DNA from: Candidatus Iainarchaeum sp.
Lineage (GTDB): Archaea; Iainarchaeota; Iainarchaeia; Iainarchaeales; JAZDEL01
DNA: 64,000 bases
NCBI GenBank assembly: GCA_043808785.1
Contig: JAZDEL010000001.1
Span: 130,122-194,121 of the forward strand
Direction of reading: 5' to 3'
Shown: positions 1 to 9,348 of the stretch, piece after piece
Position numbering within the stretch: the stretch's first letter is position 1
How the letters are laid out: each line of letters opens with the position of its first letter
The notes under the pieces: generated by a model
Seen by the model: the letters and a program-made list of their open reading frames with translations, nothing else
What the model was told of the DNA's origin: nothing
Database searches by the model: none
Translations under genes and position numbers: made by a program

Positions 1-3000
1 GTTAAAACAAATTTTGCAGGGACCAGCGGCCTGAGCACTTGGATGATGCAGCACGTCCCCAGCACCTTCTGGAGATACGAAAACCAGGACACCAGCGCAA
101 GGCTGAGCCTTGACGAGGACCTGAACGCAAGGGTGAAAATAGGCGCAGAAGGCGCACTTATGACTTCCACCAGCAAAGTGTTCGACCTCAATTTCACGAA
201 AACGAACACTATTTACCCGAACGGGAAATGGTATGTCACCATGATTTTTACCGACACCAACACCGATGCCACGAATTACGCAACTACGAGGCATTACGAA
301 TGCGCAGACAATGATTATACTGCGGTATATAGGGACAATGACGACGCCACCCCCGACCCCGGGTTCGAATGGTGGCACCAGCTTGTGCGGAAAGACCTGA
401 ATTCGGATTACGATTCAAATACATCCGTGACCTGCGGCTACGACACGCCCTCCGCGCTTAAGTTCTTCACGGGAAAGTGGAATGTCGACGGCATTCCCAG
501 TGCCCTTTCCGGCTGCACCAGCGGCGGCGGCTGGGCGGCAACGCTTGACCCCGAATTCGCCGCAGGCGAGGTTTCATACCTCAATTATATGCTTTACATA
601 AGCAACATGAGGGAAACGGGACCGGCCAGTGAGGAAGAGTTTATAGATTCCTTTTACCTCGATTACCGCACGCCCGACGATTTGTTCATGACAACGGGAA
701 CATCGCAGGGTTTCGATGTAAATGTCGGGGCATACAAGCTCACAGCCAGCGGCAACCGCGTGGACTTCAACATCTCCACTAAGGTAGGGGCGACGGATGT
801 CAACAGGTACAAGCCCGCGTTCGAGATTTCCAATTACACCGCATCCACAAGGCCGCTCCTCAGGCACAACGGCGCGGACAAGAACGAGGGAATTGATTTC
901 ATCGCTGACGTCAACACAGTGGGGCAGTACGCCGTTGTGGTGTGGATGGGCGACATCCTGACAACGGATGTCAATGCGCAGTTCCAGATTGACGACTCAT
1001 GGGTAACGGACACAAACGCCCCCTCCACCTCCTGGGACGGCAACGCCTCATGGAGCAAATACGACCAGAACATACGCCTCACATGCACCGATGACAGTTC
1101 AGGCTGCGCAAGCACGAAATACAGGCTGGACACCAATGGCTCATCAACGGTTTCATATGGTTCATGGGCGGCATACACCTCCGCAGGCATCTCGGTAACG
1201 GGAGACGGAAACTTCGCCCTTGACTTCAATTCAACAGACACGGCGGGCAACGTTGGGGATACAAACACCAAATACGTGTTGATAGACAGCAACGCCCCCG
1301 CGGTTTCCTTCACCTCCCCCGCTGCGGGTTCCTCCACGGCGGCAAACTCGATGAACGTCAAATACTCAGGCAATGATTCAAACGGCAGCGGAATAACTAA
1401 ATATTATGTTCGCATGGACTCAGGGAACTGGATAGACAACAATGTGAACATCACAAGAAACTTCTTAGGGTTAACTGCGGGCGAGCACACCGCTTACGTG
1501 ATTGCAACGGATAATGCCGACAATAATTCAAGCACTGCGAGCGTGACGTTTACCTTAACCACACCTGCGGCGACCGTAAGGCACCTTGACGTGAACGCGA
1601 CAGGGGCGAATTTCGAGGTGGGGACTGCGGATTTTAACCTGTTCTTCCAGCAGGATAGAGGTGGGGGCATATCAAGGCTTGTTGATTTGAACAGGGATGG
1701 CGTGCTTAAAACCAACGATGTGGGTTCTTTATGCTACTATAGCTCTTATAGTTTTCCTGGACTGCTTGACGGGTGGCATGCCAGGATGGATACGGGCACA
1801 AGGCACAGGACGCTTCATGACGACAACAGCGCGCAACTGTGGAAAGCCGAGGATTTGAACAGCAGGGTTCAGATAAAATCCAGTGGCGCGCTCATGGATT
1901 GGAATGGTGCAGGCTCCCCGCATTGGGATTTGAACTTTACCCAGACAAACACCGTTTACCCAGTTCTTGGCGGTTTAAGGGTTGCAGTCCACCTTGAGAT
2001 GACGGACACAAACTCGGGGGCAACAAATTATGGCGCCCCATTCACTAATATTTATTGTACAAGCGGCTTTGTCACATACACAGACAACAATGTAACCAAC
2101 CCCGCAGGCAATGAATGGTGGTATGCAGTCCAGCGCCGCGATTTGAATTCGGACTTCGACGCAAACACGGCAATTGCCCGCGGCTACGCCAAGCGCGCAG
2201 CAGATGCCCATTTTTACAACAACAAATGGGACCCGACTTGGGTTGATGCGTGGGTGAACACAAACGGCGGTAATTGGACTGCCAATAGCGGTCTTACTAC
2301 TCAATTCAACGCTGGGGAAACCGACTACATAAACTACACGCTTTACATCGCCAGCACAAAGGAACTTGGGCAGGTAATATACGGGGCTGCTGCCGGATCT
2401 TCCGGAATAAAGAACGCCCCCGACGAAAACAAAATCGATTACATCATGCTCGATTACCGCAATCCCGACAATTTATTCATGACAACAGGCACCTCGCAGG
2501 GCTTTGATTACAACCACGGCGCCTATCTTGTCACTGCAAGCGGCAACCGCGTGGACTTCAACATCTCCACTAACGGAATATACAACGACCACAACAACTG
2601 GGACACTAACAGGTACAGCCCGGCGTTCGAAATCAGCGGTTACACAGCCTCCACCCGCCCGCTCATGCGCCTTAACGGGGCGGATTTGAACGAGGGAATC
2701 GACTTTGTTGCGGATGTGAACGATTCCGCGGATTATGCGGTTGTTGTTTGGTTAGGCTCGCTCACGGGAGACGACCAGAACGCGCAATTGCAGATTGCCT
2801 CATCATGGGACTCAAACGCCCCCGCTGTTTCGATAACCTCCCCCGCCTCGGGCTCCTCGACGGCGGCGAACTCCATGAACGTAAAATACTGGGGCGTGGA
2901 TGTGGACACGGGAATAAAGAAATACTACGTCCAGATGGATTCTTTGGGATGGATAGACAACGGCACGAACATCACGCGCAAGTTCTTCGGCTTAGCTGCG

Positions 3001-5751
3001 GGTTCGCACACGGCTTACGTAATTGCCGTTGATAACGCGGACAACAATTCAACAACGGCGAGCGTTACCTTTACCTTAACCACGCCTGCGGCGACCGTAA
3101 GGCACCTTGACGTGAACGCGACAGGGGCGAATTTTGAGGTGGGGACGGCGGACTTTAATATGCTCTTCAACCAGCAGTACGGCGGGGGAATTACGAAAAT
3201 ATTTGACCTGAATCGTGATGGGGTAATTAAAACCAACTTTGCGTCGGCTGTTTATTCGACTTTTGAGTTTGACCAATGGGTGGCGGCGATTGGTGCCCAG
3301 AGCCGCGTGATGGCTGATGACAACGGCGCCCAATTATGGAAAGCCGAGGATTTGAACAGCAGGGTTAAGATAAGTTCAAGCGGGGCGTTTATTGAATGGG
3401 ATGGCGCACCCGCTGGGCCGAAATGGGACTTGAATTTCAACAGGACATATGCAATATATCCTATTACAGGCGGTCTCAAAATTGTTGCACACCTTGAAAT
3501 GACTGACACAAACAGTTCGGCAACAAATTATGACATTTTTCGCCATGTTTTTTATTCGAAAGGTTCAGGGACTGTTACACATACGGACAACAATGTGTCC
3601 GCACCAGCGGGAACAGAATGGTGGTATGCAGTCCAGCGCACTGATTTGAACTCCGACTTTGATGCAAACACAGCGATTGCCCGCGGCTATGCCAAGCGCG
3701 CCGCAGATTCAAGTTTTTACAACGAGAAATGGGACCCAACTGCCGTGCACATGTGGTATACTAGCGGTTGGGCTAACTGGCAAGATGGCGATCTCTCCCC
3801 TGAATTCCAGCCAGGCGAAACCGATTACGTAAATTACATTATGTATTTCGCAAGCACAACCGAACTTGGGGGGGTGACTTATGGGTTGTCTTCGGGAATA
3901 CAGTCCGCCCCCGACGAAAACAAAATCGATTACATCATGCTCGACTACCGCAACCCCGACAATCTGTTCATGGCAACAGGCACCTCGCAGGGCTTCGATT
4001 CCAACACGGGCGCCTACAAGGTTACCGCTTCGGGCAACAGCGTTGACTTCAACATCTGCACTAACGGAATAATGAACGACCAGAACCTCTGGGACACGAA
4101 CAGGTACAGCCCCGCGTTTGAAATCGCAAGTTACACCGCCTCCACGCGCCCCTTAATGCGCCTGAACAACGTGGATTTGAACGAGGGAATTGATTATGTT
4201 TCCGATGTGAACACTGCAGGCGATTACGCGGTTGTAGTCTGGCTCGGCGATTTGACTGTTGAGGATTCGAATGCGCAGCTGCAGGTTGCGGCAAGCTGGA
4301 ATGCCGCGCCGACGGTAGCCATAACGCACCCTATAGACAGGCTTTCAACGACGGGGAACGGGATAACCGTGGCATACTCGGGCACGTCCCAGAACGGGAT
4401 TGCGAAATATTACGTCAGGATTGACACTAATGATTGGATAGACAACGGCACTAGCACATCATACTCCTTCAGCGGCCTGAACTATGCGGCGCACGTTGTG
4501 TATGTAATCGCAAATGACACAACGGATGTGAATTCCGCTACGGCAAGCGCATCATTCACGCTTTCCCCGATAGGGGAGGCGCCGGTAACGGAGGCAATCG
4601 GCGGAACCCCTGAGGAAGGGGGCGCGCAGGGAACGGAAGGAACTCAGGGAACCGAAGGGCAGGCAGCGCAGACCGAAACAATAGCGGAATCAACCTTCGT
4701 ATTCGAACAGAGGGGGCAGGGCGCAAGAGGCGCGCTTGCAGGGCTCGGCATCCCGCAGGTCCAGCTGGAGCAGGCAGCGGCAATGTCGGGCAAGGTGATA
4801 AGGTCTGTGGAAATAACAAAGGCGCTCAAAGGCGAAATGCTTTATTACAACAGCAAAATAACCCTTGTAGTAATGAACACATCCATGGAGGATATGAAGG
4901 ACGTGAGCATTGTCGAGCACATACCCAAGGAAATAGCGCAGGACGCATCTGAAATAAACTCCGAAACGCCCTTCATCGTTATAAAGGGCGACCCTATTGT
5001 AAGATTCATGATTGGCGACATCAATGCAGGCGGGGAAACGGAGATAACCTACTTGGTGCCAAATGCAATAAGCATTGGCGGCGCAAGGGCGGCAATAGAA
5101 TACTACTCATCCAATGCCCCGATAATAGCGGGCTCGCCGCGTTTGGGGGTGGCTGAGAGCATCAAATATGCCGTGCTCAGCTCCCTGTACCGCTATGTTC
5201 CCACAAAAAGCCAGATAACCGAAACCCTGAGGAGCGCGGGCATGGATGTAAGCAAGGCAGCGGAGGCGTTGCGCATAAACAGCCTCGTTACCCTGTACAA
5301 GGGCGGAACAGTGATTGCGGAGGAAGGCATGCATGGCACAAAATACACCACAAACTTCACCATAAAGGTCGTGAACAGCTCGGACAAGCCCATAATGGAT
5401 ACGCGTGTGCTGGAGGTAATCCCGAAAACAATTGCGGAAACCGCAAACCTTGTAAATGCAAAGGGAAACCACAGGGTGCTTGTTCAGGACCCGGTGCTTG
5501 AGTTTGAAATAGGCACGCTTCCCGCGGGAAAATCGGCAACAGTGCAGTACGAAGTCGGGAAGAAAGTGGGCAGGCAGGAGATAGAGGAGCTGTCCGCCCC
5601 TGTAGTGACGGGCGTAACCGAAGAGCCTGCAAAGGAGGAGGCGCCGAAGGACGACACCCTGTTAATTATAGGGCTTGCGGCGCTTGCGGTTATATGCGTG
5701 GGCGCATTCCTGATGAAAAAGTACGAGATAAAGCTTGAGCTTGAGATATGA
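1..5751 (+). CDS. Giant secreted/surface protein, N-terminally truncated by the window edge. The frame is open from base 1 and at least 1902 aa lie in the window. It has three tandem ~500-aa repeats and a C-terminal TM anchor.
   Basis: The long ORF has no in-frame stop upstream of the ATG at 43. Three homologous ~1.5-kb segments are present (e.g. AEDLNSRV(K/Q)I..SGA at nt ~112/1850/3350; NISTxxx..RY(K/S)PAFEIS..YTASTRPL at ~770/2570/4060). Ig/FN3-like stretches and two copies of a V.E.IPK.IA...DP.(I/L).F.IGD.NAGGE domain follow, then a C-terminal hydrophobic helix LLIIGLAALAVICVGAFLM and a short basic tail. Confidence 0.8.
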   Translation, partial: VKTNFAGTSGLSTWMMQHVPSTFWRYENQDTSARLSLDEDLNARVKIGAEGALMTSTSKVFDLNFTKTNTIYPNGKWYVTMIFTDTNTDATNYATTRHYECADNDYTAVYRDNDDATPDPGFEWWHQLVRKDLNSDYDSNTSVTCGYDTPSALKFFTGKWNVDGIPSALSGCTSGGGWAATLDPEFAAGEVSYLNYMLYISNMRETGPASEEEFIDSFYLDYRTPDDLFMTTGTSQGFDVNVGAYKLTASGNRVDFNISTKVGATDVNRYKPAFEISNYTASTRPLLRHNGADKNEGIDFIADVNTVGQYAVVVWMGDILTTDVNAQFQIDDSWVTDTNAPSTSWDGNASWSKYDQNIRLTCTDDSSGCASTKYRLDTNGSSTVSYGSWAAYTSAGISVTGDGNFALDFNSTDTAGNVGDTNTKYVLIDSNAPAVSFTSPAAGSSTAANSMNVKYSGNDSNGSGITKYYVRMDSGNWIDNNVNITRNFLGLTAGEHTAYVIATDNADNNSSTASVTFTLTTPAATVRHLDVNATGANFEVGTADFNLFFQQDRGGGISRLVDLNRDGVLKTNDVGSLCYYSSYSFPGLLDGWHARMDTGTRHRTLHDDNSAQLWKAEDLNSRVQIKSSGALMDWNGAGSPHWDLNFTQTNTVYPVLGGLRVAVHLEMTDTNSGATNYGAPFTNIYCTSGFVTYTDNNVTNPAGNEWWYAVQRRDLNSDFDANTAIARGYAKRAADAHFYNNKWDPTWVDAWVNTNGGNWTANSGLTTQFNAGETDYINYTLYIASTKELGQVIYGAAAGSSGIKNAPDENKIDYIMLDYRNPDNLFMTTGTSQGFDYNHGAYLVTASGNRVDFNISTNGIYNDHNNWDTNRYSPAFEISGYTASTRPLMRLNGADLNEGIDFVADVNDSADYAVVVWLGSLTGDDQNAQLQIASSWDSNAPAVSITSPASGSSTAANSMNVKYWGVDVDTGIKKYYVQMDSLGWIDNGTNITRKFFGLAAGSHTAYVIAVDNADNNSTTASVTFTLTTPAATVRHLDVNATGANFEVGTADFNMLFNQQYGGGITKIFDLNRDGVIKTNFASAVYSTFEFDQWVAAIGAQSRVMADDNGAQLWKAEDLNSRVKISSSGAFIEWDGAPAGPKWDLNFNRTYAIYPITGGLKIVAHLEMTDTNSSATNYDIFRHVFYSKGSGTVTHTDNNVSAPAGTEWWYAVQRTDLNSDFDANTAIARGYAKRAADSSFYNEKWDPTAVHMWYTSGWANWQDGDLSPEFQPGETDYVNYIMYFASTTELGGVTYGLSSGIQSAPDENKIDYIMLDYRNPDNLFMATGTSQGFDSNTGAYKVTASGNSVDFNICTNGIMNDQNLWDTNRYSPAFEIASYTASTRPLMRLNNVDLNEGIDYVSDVNTAGDYAVVVWLGDLTVEDSNAQLQVAASWNAAPTVAITHPIDRLSTTGNGITVAYSGTSQNGIAKYYVRIDTNDWIDNGTSTSYSFSGLNYAAHVVYVIANDTTDVNSATASASFTLSPIGEAPVTEAIGGTPEEGGAQGTEGTQGTEGQAAQTETIAESTFVFEQRGQGARGALAGLGIPQVQLEQAAAMSGKVIRSVEITKALKGEMLYYNSKITLVVMNTSMEDMKDVSIVEHIPKEIAQDASEINSETPFIVIKGDPIVRFMIGDINAGGETEITYLVPNAISIGGARAAIEYYSSNAPIIAGSPRLGVAESIKYAVLSSLYRYVPTKSQITETLRSAGMDVSKAAEALRINSLVTLYKGGTVIAEEGMHGTKYTTNFTIKVVNSSDKPIMDTRVLEVIPKTIAETANLVNAKGNHRVLVQDPVLEFEIGTLPAGKSATVQYEVGKKVGRQEIEELSAPVVTGVTEEPAKEEAPKDDTLLIIGLAALAVICVGAFLMKKYEIKLELEI
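100..4560 (+). repeat. Three in-frame tandem coding repeats of ~1.5 kb inside the giant surface-protein gene
   Basis: Near-identical antisense ORFs at 1494-1715 and 3015-3236 show a DNA repeat period of ~1521 bp. Protein motifs recur three times with ~60-70% identity. Confidence 0.75.
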
Positions 5752-5924
5752 GGCGGGCATGCGGAAACAGGCTTTATGGCTGATGGATGGCTGAACAACA
5801 GAGTGTGATTTAAAGCACAGGAAATGCCAAAATGCACAAAAAGTGCCAAAAACGTGCATCAAATTTTCTGTAGCGAACATTTTTGTATACTTTTGTTCAC
5901 TATAGTTTCTATGGCGGGTTGAGG

Positions 5925-5978
5925 CTATAAAGGACTTAAGATTAATAAAATCTTAATGTTTAGTCCTTTATAGATAGA
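5925..5978. other. AT-rich extended imperfect palindrome / hairpin. It may be the terminator of the giant gene or the end of a mobile element.
   Basis: CTATAAAGGACTTAAGATT-AATAAA-AATCTTAATGTTTAGTCCTTTATAG. The 12-bp outer arms are perfect and the inner arms are TTAAGATT/AATCTTAA. Confidence 0.4.
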
Positions 5979-6243
5979 TTTTTAAGGATTTCAGGCGCAA
6001 TGCCTTGAAAAAGAAAAATTTTCATTTGACGAAACAGGGTTCATTTACGTAAGCCTTTCCCTTGAAGGAAACACCCTTACTCTGTCCGAAACCGAAAAAA
6101 TAACCGGGCAAAACATTGCCCCCGCATCAAAACCATTCAAGGATGCGCAGCAGGTCCTGGATTATAAAAAAGCGCTTGACGGGTTTATTTTCTCGGATAA
6201 GGCAATCACGCAGGAATCTATTATCGAGTTTCACAGGGCGGCA

Positions 6244-6681
6244 ATGAATCCCCTGGCTGCGGGCGCAGGCAAATTCAGGGCGGGAAATGTCAGGATAAAA
6301 GGCAACCCCGCCTTTAAAACCCCCGACTGGAGGGAGCTTTCGGGGCTATTGGCGGTGTTTTTCAAAAGCGCGGGCATCCCGGAAAAGAAAAAAGTTTCCG
6401 CCGCCGAAACAGTCGAAAGCGCTGCCTTTTTGCACAACGAATTCCAGCGCATCCATCCGTTCATTGACGGCAACAGCAGGACATCGAGGGCGGTATTCCT
6501 GAAAGCGCTGGCCCAAAGCAATTTTCCGTTAATAAAAATTCCCGTGGGCTTTTCCGACCAATACATGAAACTGACCAAACTAAGCGAAAAAAGAGACGAC
6601 AAAAAATTTGCCCTGCTGATGAAGCAGATAGCCCTCGAAAACCTGAAATACTTTGCAAAAAAACTCGAGTATGAATCCTGA
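6244..6681 (+). CDS. fic: Fic/DOC family protein (Fic core HPFIDGNSRTSR). Homology continues upstream to ~5986 without a usable start codon, so the gene may be 5'-disrupted or a pseudogene.
   Basis: The Fic motif HPFxxGNxR is at aa 70-81. The same frame upstream encodes the class-II inhibitory region (...LSLEGNTLTLSE...) but contains no ATG/GTG/TTG after in-frame stops at 5971 (TAG) and 5983 (TAA). An ATG at 5956 is separated from the body by those stops. Confidence 0.6.
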   Translation: MNPLAAGAGKFRAGNVRIKGNPAFKTPDWRELSGLLAVFFKSAGIPEKKKVSAAETVESAAFLHNEFQRIHPFIDGNSRTSRAVFLKALAQSNFPLIKIPVGFSDQYMKLTKLSEKRDDKKFALLMKQIALENLKYFAKKLEYES

Positions 6682-6758
6682 ATTGGTATTTAAGGTTTAA
6701 TCGGCAAATATATAGGTTTCTACACTTTTACTCGAAGCTGGGGCTTCCGATAGAAGGC

Positions 6759-7103
6759 TTGGCGAAAGAAAAAGTGAAAATCGAGGGGATAAATACAATC
6801 GCTTGCGAAGCGCTGCTGATTCTGAAGCAGGGCGCCGAAATAGACAGGAGGGGCTCGGTTAAGGGCCAGAAAGATGCGATAGATATATTCACCTTATTGA
6901 TATATGCGCCAATCGACTTCAAAAAATATCTCGCGCTGCTGGCAAAAAACAAAAAGGAAAGCCTTGTTAAAGAATTGATTGGCGAAATAATGCGCTTTAA
7001 TCCGAAAGATTCCGAAAAATACCTGGGCGTAAATTGCGGGGAATTCGCAAAAATGAAAAAAGAACTGCCGGGCAGAATAAAAGCCGCCCAAATCTCAAGA
7101 TGA
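6759..7103 (+). CDS. Hypothetical protein. The only start is non-ATG (TTG/GTG), so it may be a frameshifted C-terminal fragment of the Fic gene.
   Basis: ORF of 114 codons with no ATG start. It begins immediately after the fic stop in a different frame. Confidence 0.25.
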   Translation: MAKEKVKIEGINTIACEALLILKQGAEIDRRGSVKGQKDAIDIFTLLIYAPIDFKKYLALLAKNKKESLVKELIGEIMRFNPKDSEKYLGVNCGEFAKMKKELPGRIKAAQISR

Positions 7104-7137
7104 AACTTCGGGCAATATCCGTGGGCTTCAACATCGC

Positions 7138-8085
7138 CTACCTCGGCAAATCTATAACTATGCCCTCGCCCTTCTTTATCTTGTATATCACAAGCCCCTT
7201 CTTGTGGTTGCTGCTCCTGAGCTTGAGTATCTCTATCGCATTCGTGCGCGAGAGCTCCCTCTTCACATTGTAAAGCACCACAACCCCGTCCGCCAAAAAT
7301 TCTTCAACTCCGGTTCTGCTGTATATCCTCGGGTCCTGCTCGGTTTCCGCAATTATGAGCGAAAGGGCGCCAGTGGATTCAAGCGCGTCGAAAAGCTTCT
7401 TCACATACCTCCTGTAATTTTCCTCGTCCTCGAAGGCTATGCTCAGGGCCGAGAGCGAATCTATGGCAATGCGGTCCGGCACAAACGGAAACACTATCTT
7501 CTCGGTTTTTATGTCGGGCTCCCTGTCGCTCATGAACATGCGCTCGACGCTGCGGGCAAGCTTAAGGGAATCGCATTTCACACCCGCGAAAAGGCCGCGG
7601 CGCTCCATTTCATACAGGTCCCAGCCGTAATTCTTTTTCATGTGCGCCTTTATCTTCTCGGGTTCCTCCTCGAAGGAGATGAAGATGCCGCGCTCGCCGT
7701 TTAGGCAGCCGTTGTACAGGGACTGCATTGCAAAAGTGGTTTTTCCCGTGCCCGCGCCCCCTGATATGAGTATGCTGGAGCCCCTTTCAATCGCGCCGTC
7801 GTCCACAAGGCCGTCAAAATTGCTCACCCTCACGGGAAGATATTCTCCATCGCCCCTCACGCCCTTGTAGTTTGCGTGCTTTATCGCCTCCCTGAGGCCC
7901 AGCTTGTCCCCGAACTCGATTATGTCCGAGAAAATCCTGTATGCGCCCTCATCAAACTTCTCTTCCGCACCGCGGGATTTTGCAGCGTCCGTGCCCTTTG
8001 CGCCTTTTTGCGGCTCGTTCTTCCTTTTCAGGAAATTCAGGGATACTTTTCCAAACAATTTAGCCATTCCAATCATCTTGCCCAT
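7138..8085 (-). CDS. KaiC-like RecA-superfamily ATPase, archaeal single-domain type
   Basis: Walker A ISGGAGTGKTTFAMQ, a Walker B-like hhhhDS stretch and the overall KaiC/RadA-like layout. About 80 aa of N-terminal extension. Confidence 0.75.
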   Translation of the reverse strand: MGKMIGMAKLFGKVSLNFLKRKNEPQKGAKGTDAAKSRGAEEKFDEGAYRIFSDIIEFGDKLGLREAIKHANYKGVRGDGEYLPVRVSNFDGLVDDGAIERGSSILISGGAGTGKTTFAMQSLYNGCLNGERGIFISFEEEPEKIKAHMKKNYGWDLYEMERRGLFAGVKCDSLKLARSVERMFMSDREPDIKTEKIVFPFVPDRIAIDSLSALSIAFEDEENYRRYVKKLFDALESTGALSLIIAETEQDPRIYSRTGVEEFLADGVVVLYNVKRELSRTNAIEILKLRSSNHKKGLVIYKIKKGEGIVIDLPR

Positions 8086-8163
8086 GTTTCCGCCGAACGC
8101 ATTTTTTACGGCTTATATCATTTAATAATAACCTCTAACCCTTATTAAAATATCCCCCCTTCC

Positions 8164-9348
8164 TTAGCAGATGCCCCCTTCGAGCTTCTCCAGCTCTTCC
8201 CGCAGTTCCCCCAGCCTTTTTGAGTATGTTTTTTTGCTTATCGTGGCATTCTCGAAGTAATCGCGCTTCAGTTGCGAAATTTCGCCCTCTATGCCCGACC
8301 TCTTCCTCATTTCACCGCGTTTTCTGAGGCTTCTGCCTATTGCGCTCTTGGTTGCGAAAAATAAAATTGCCATCAGCAAAACAAACCCCGCCGCGCCCGC
8401 AATAAGCACGGTGTTGCTGTTTATTATGCCTTCGCTTATGATTACGGTTATTTCCCTGTGTGCGGTGTTGCCGTATCCGTCTTCGGCACCTATTTCCAGT
8501 GCGGTTGTGCCGAGGTTGGACTCGTTAGGCATGAAGTTATAGCTGTAACTGTAATCCTCCCCTATATCCATCCTGAACTTCTCCCCCCCCACCTTCAGGG
8601 TTGCGTCTCCCTTGAACAGCCTGCCGTCCAGGTATCTCATGCGCACCTTTACGGGAATCTCGAAGCCCAGGGTAAAGTTGGATGCCTGCGGGCTTTCAAT
8701 CTCGACATCGACCTGCGCAGGGGCGATGCTCATTCCGAACACGCCCTCTCCGCCGATTTCGGAATCTTCGCTTCCCCCCTGCGCGGTTACGGTAAATTCC
8801 CATTTCCCGAGCGGCGCATCCACGGGGATGAACTGCCGCATTGAATAAACCCCGCCGCCCGCATGCGTGAACTCGTGCCTCGATCCCTCGGCGCCCCATG
8901 CAACAACCGACGCGTCCTCCACGGCCTTGCCGTCCTCGGAAACGCGTATGCTTGCGTTGAACTCCTCCGTGCGGTAGTGCTCGGTTTCGCTCGGGCTGAG
9001 GAGCGTCAGCAGCAGGTAGCCGCCCTCTCTTGTCGGGTTTACGTAAATGTCGGTGCTTTTTGTGCTGAGCCCGTCCACAGCGGTTAGCCTCCATCTCCCT
9101 TTGGGGTCCAGCTGGGTTATTTTGTGCATAATCCCGTATGCCTTGTCCGCCGCGCAGGAGGTTGTTTCGTGGAACACGAGCAGGCCATGCATTTCCGCGC
9201 TTAGTTCCACGGCATTTGTTTCACACCTGCCGTTTATGGTTATGGTTTCGCCCTTTGTGTAGGAATTCTTCGGCACCTCTATTGTTGTCGCGCCCGCCAG
9301 CGAGCAGAGCGCAAGCAGCACCGCAATTAAAACAATCCATGCCCTCAT
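8164..9348 (-). CDS. Surface protein with a signal peptide, a C-terminal TM anchor and a cytoplasmic coiled tail
   Basis: N-terminal signal MRAWIVLIAVLLALCSLAGA, a beta-rich ectodomain, the TM helix LIAGAAGFVLLMAILFF, then a charged tail containing RDYFEN...RLGELREELEKLEGG. Confidence 0.7.
   Translation of the reverse strand: MRAWIVLIAVLLALCSLAGATTIEVPKNSYTKGETITINGRCETNAVELSAEMHGLLVFHETTSCAADKAYGIMHKITQLDPKGRWRLTAVDGLSTKSTDIYVNPTREGGYLLLTLLSPSETEHYRTEEFNASIRVSEDGKAVEDASVVAWGAEGSRHEFTHAGGGVYSMRQFIPVDAPLGKWEFTVTAQGGSEDSEIGGEGVFGMSIAPAQVDVEIESPQASNFTLGFEIPVKVRMRYLDGRLFKGDATLKVGGEKFRMDIGEDYSYSYNFMPNESNLGTTALEIGAEDGYGNTAHREITVIISEGIINSNTVLIAGAAGFVLLMAILFFATKSAIGRSLRKRGEMRKRSGIEGEISQLKRDYFENATISKKTYSKRLGELREELEKLEGGIC

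Noticed and set aside
574-3509. Several 60-180-aa minus-strand ORFs inside the giant surface-protein gene (e.g. 834-1373, 1494-1715, 3015-3236)
   Set aside because: They are antisense to a long, repeat-containing coding frame. The near-identical pairs only reflect the tandem DNA repeat.
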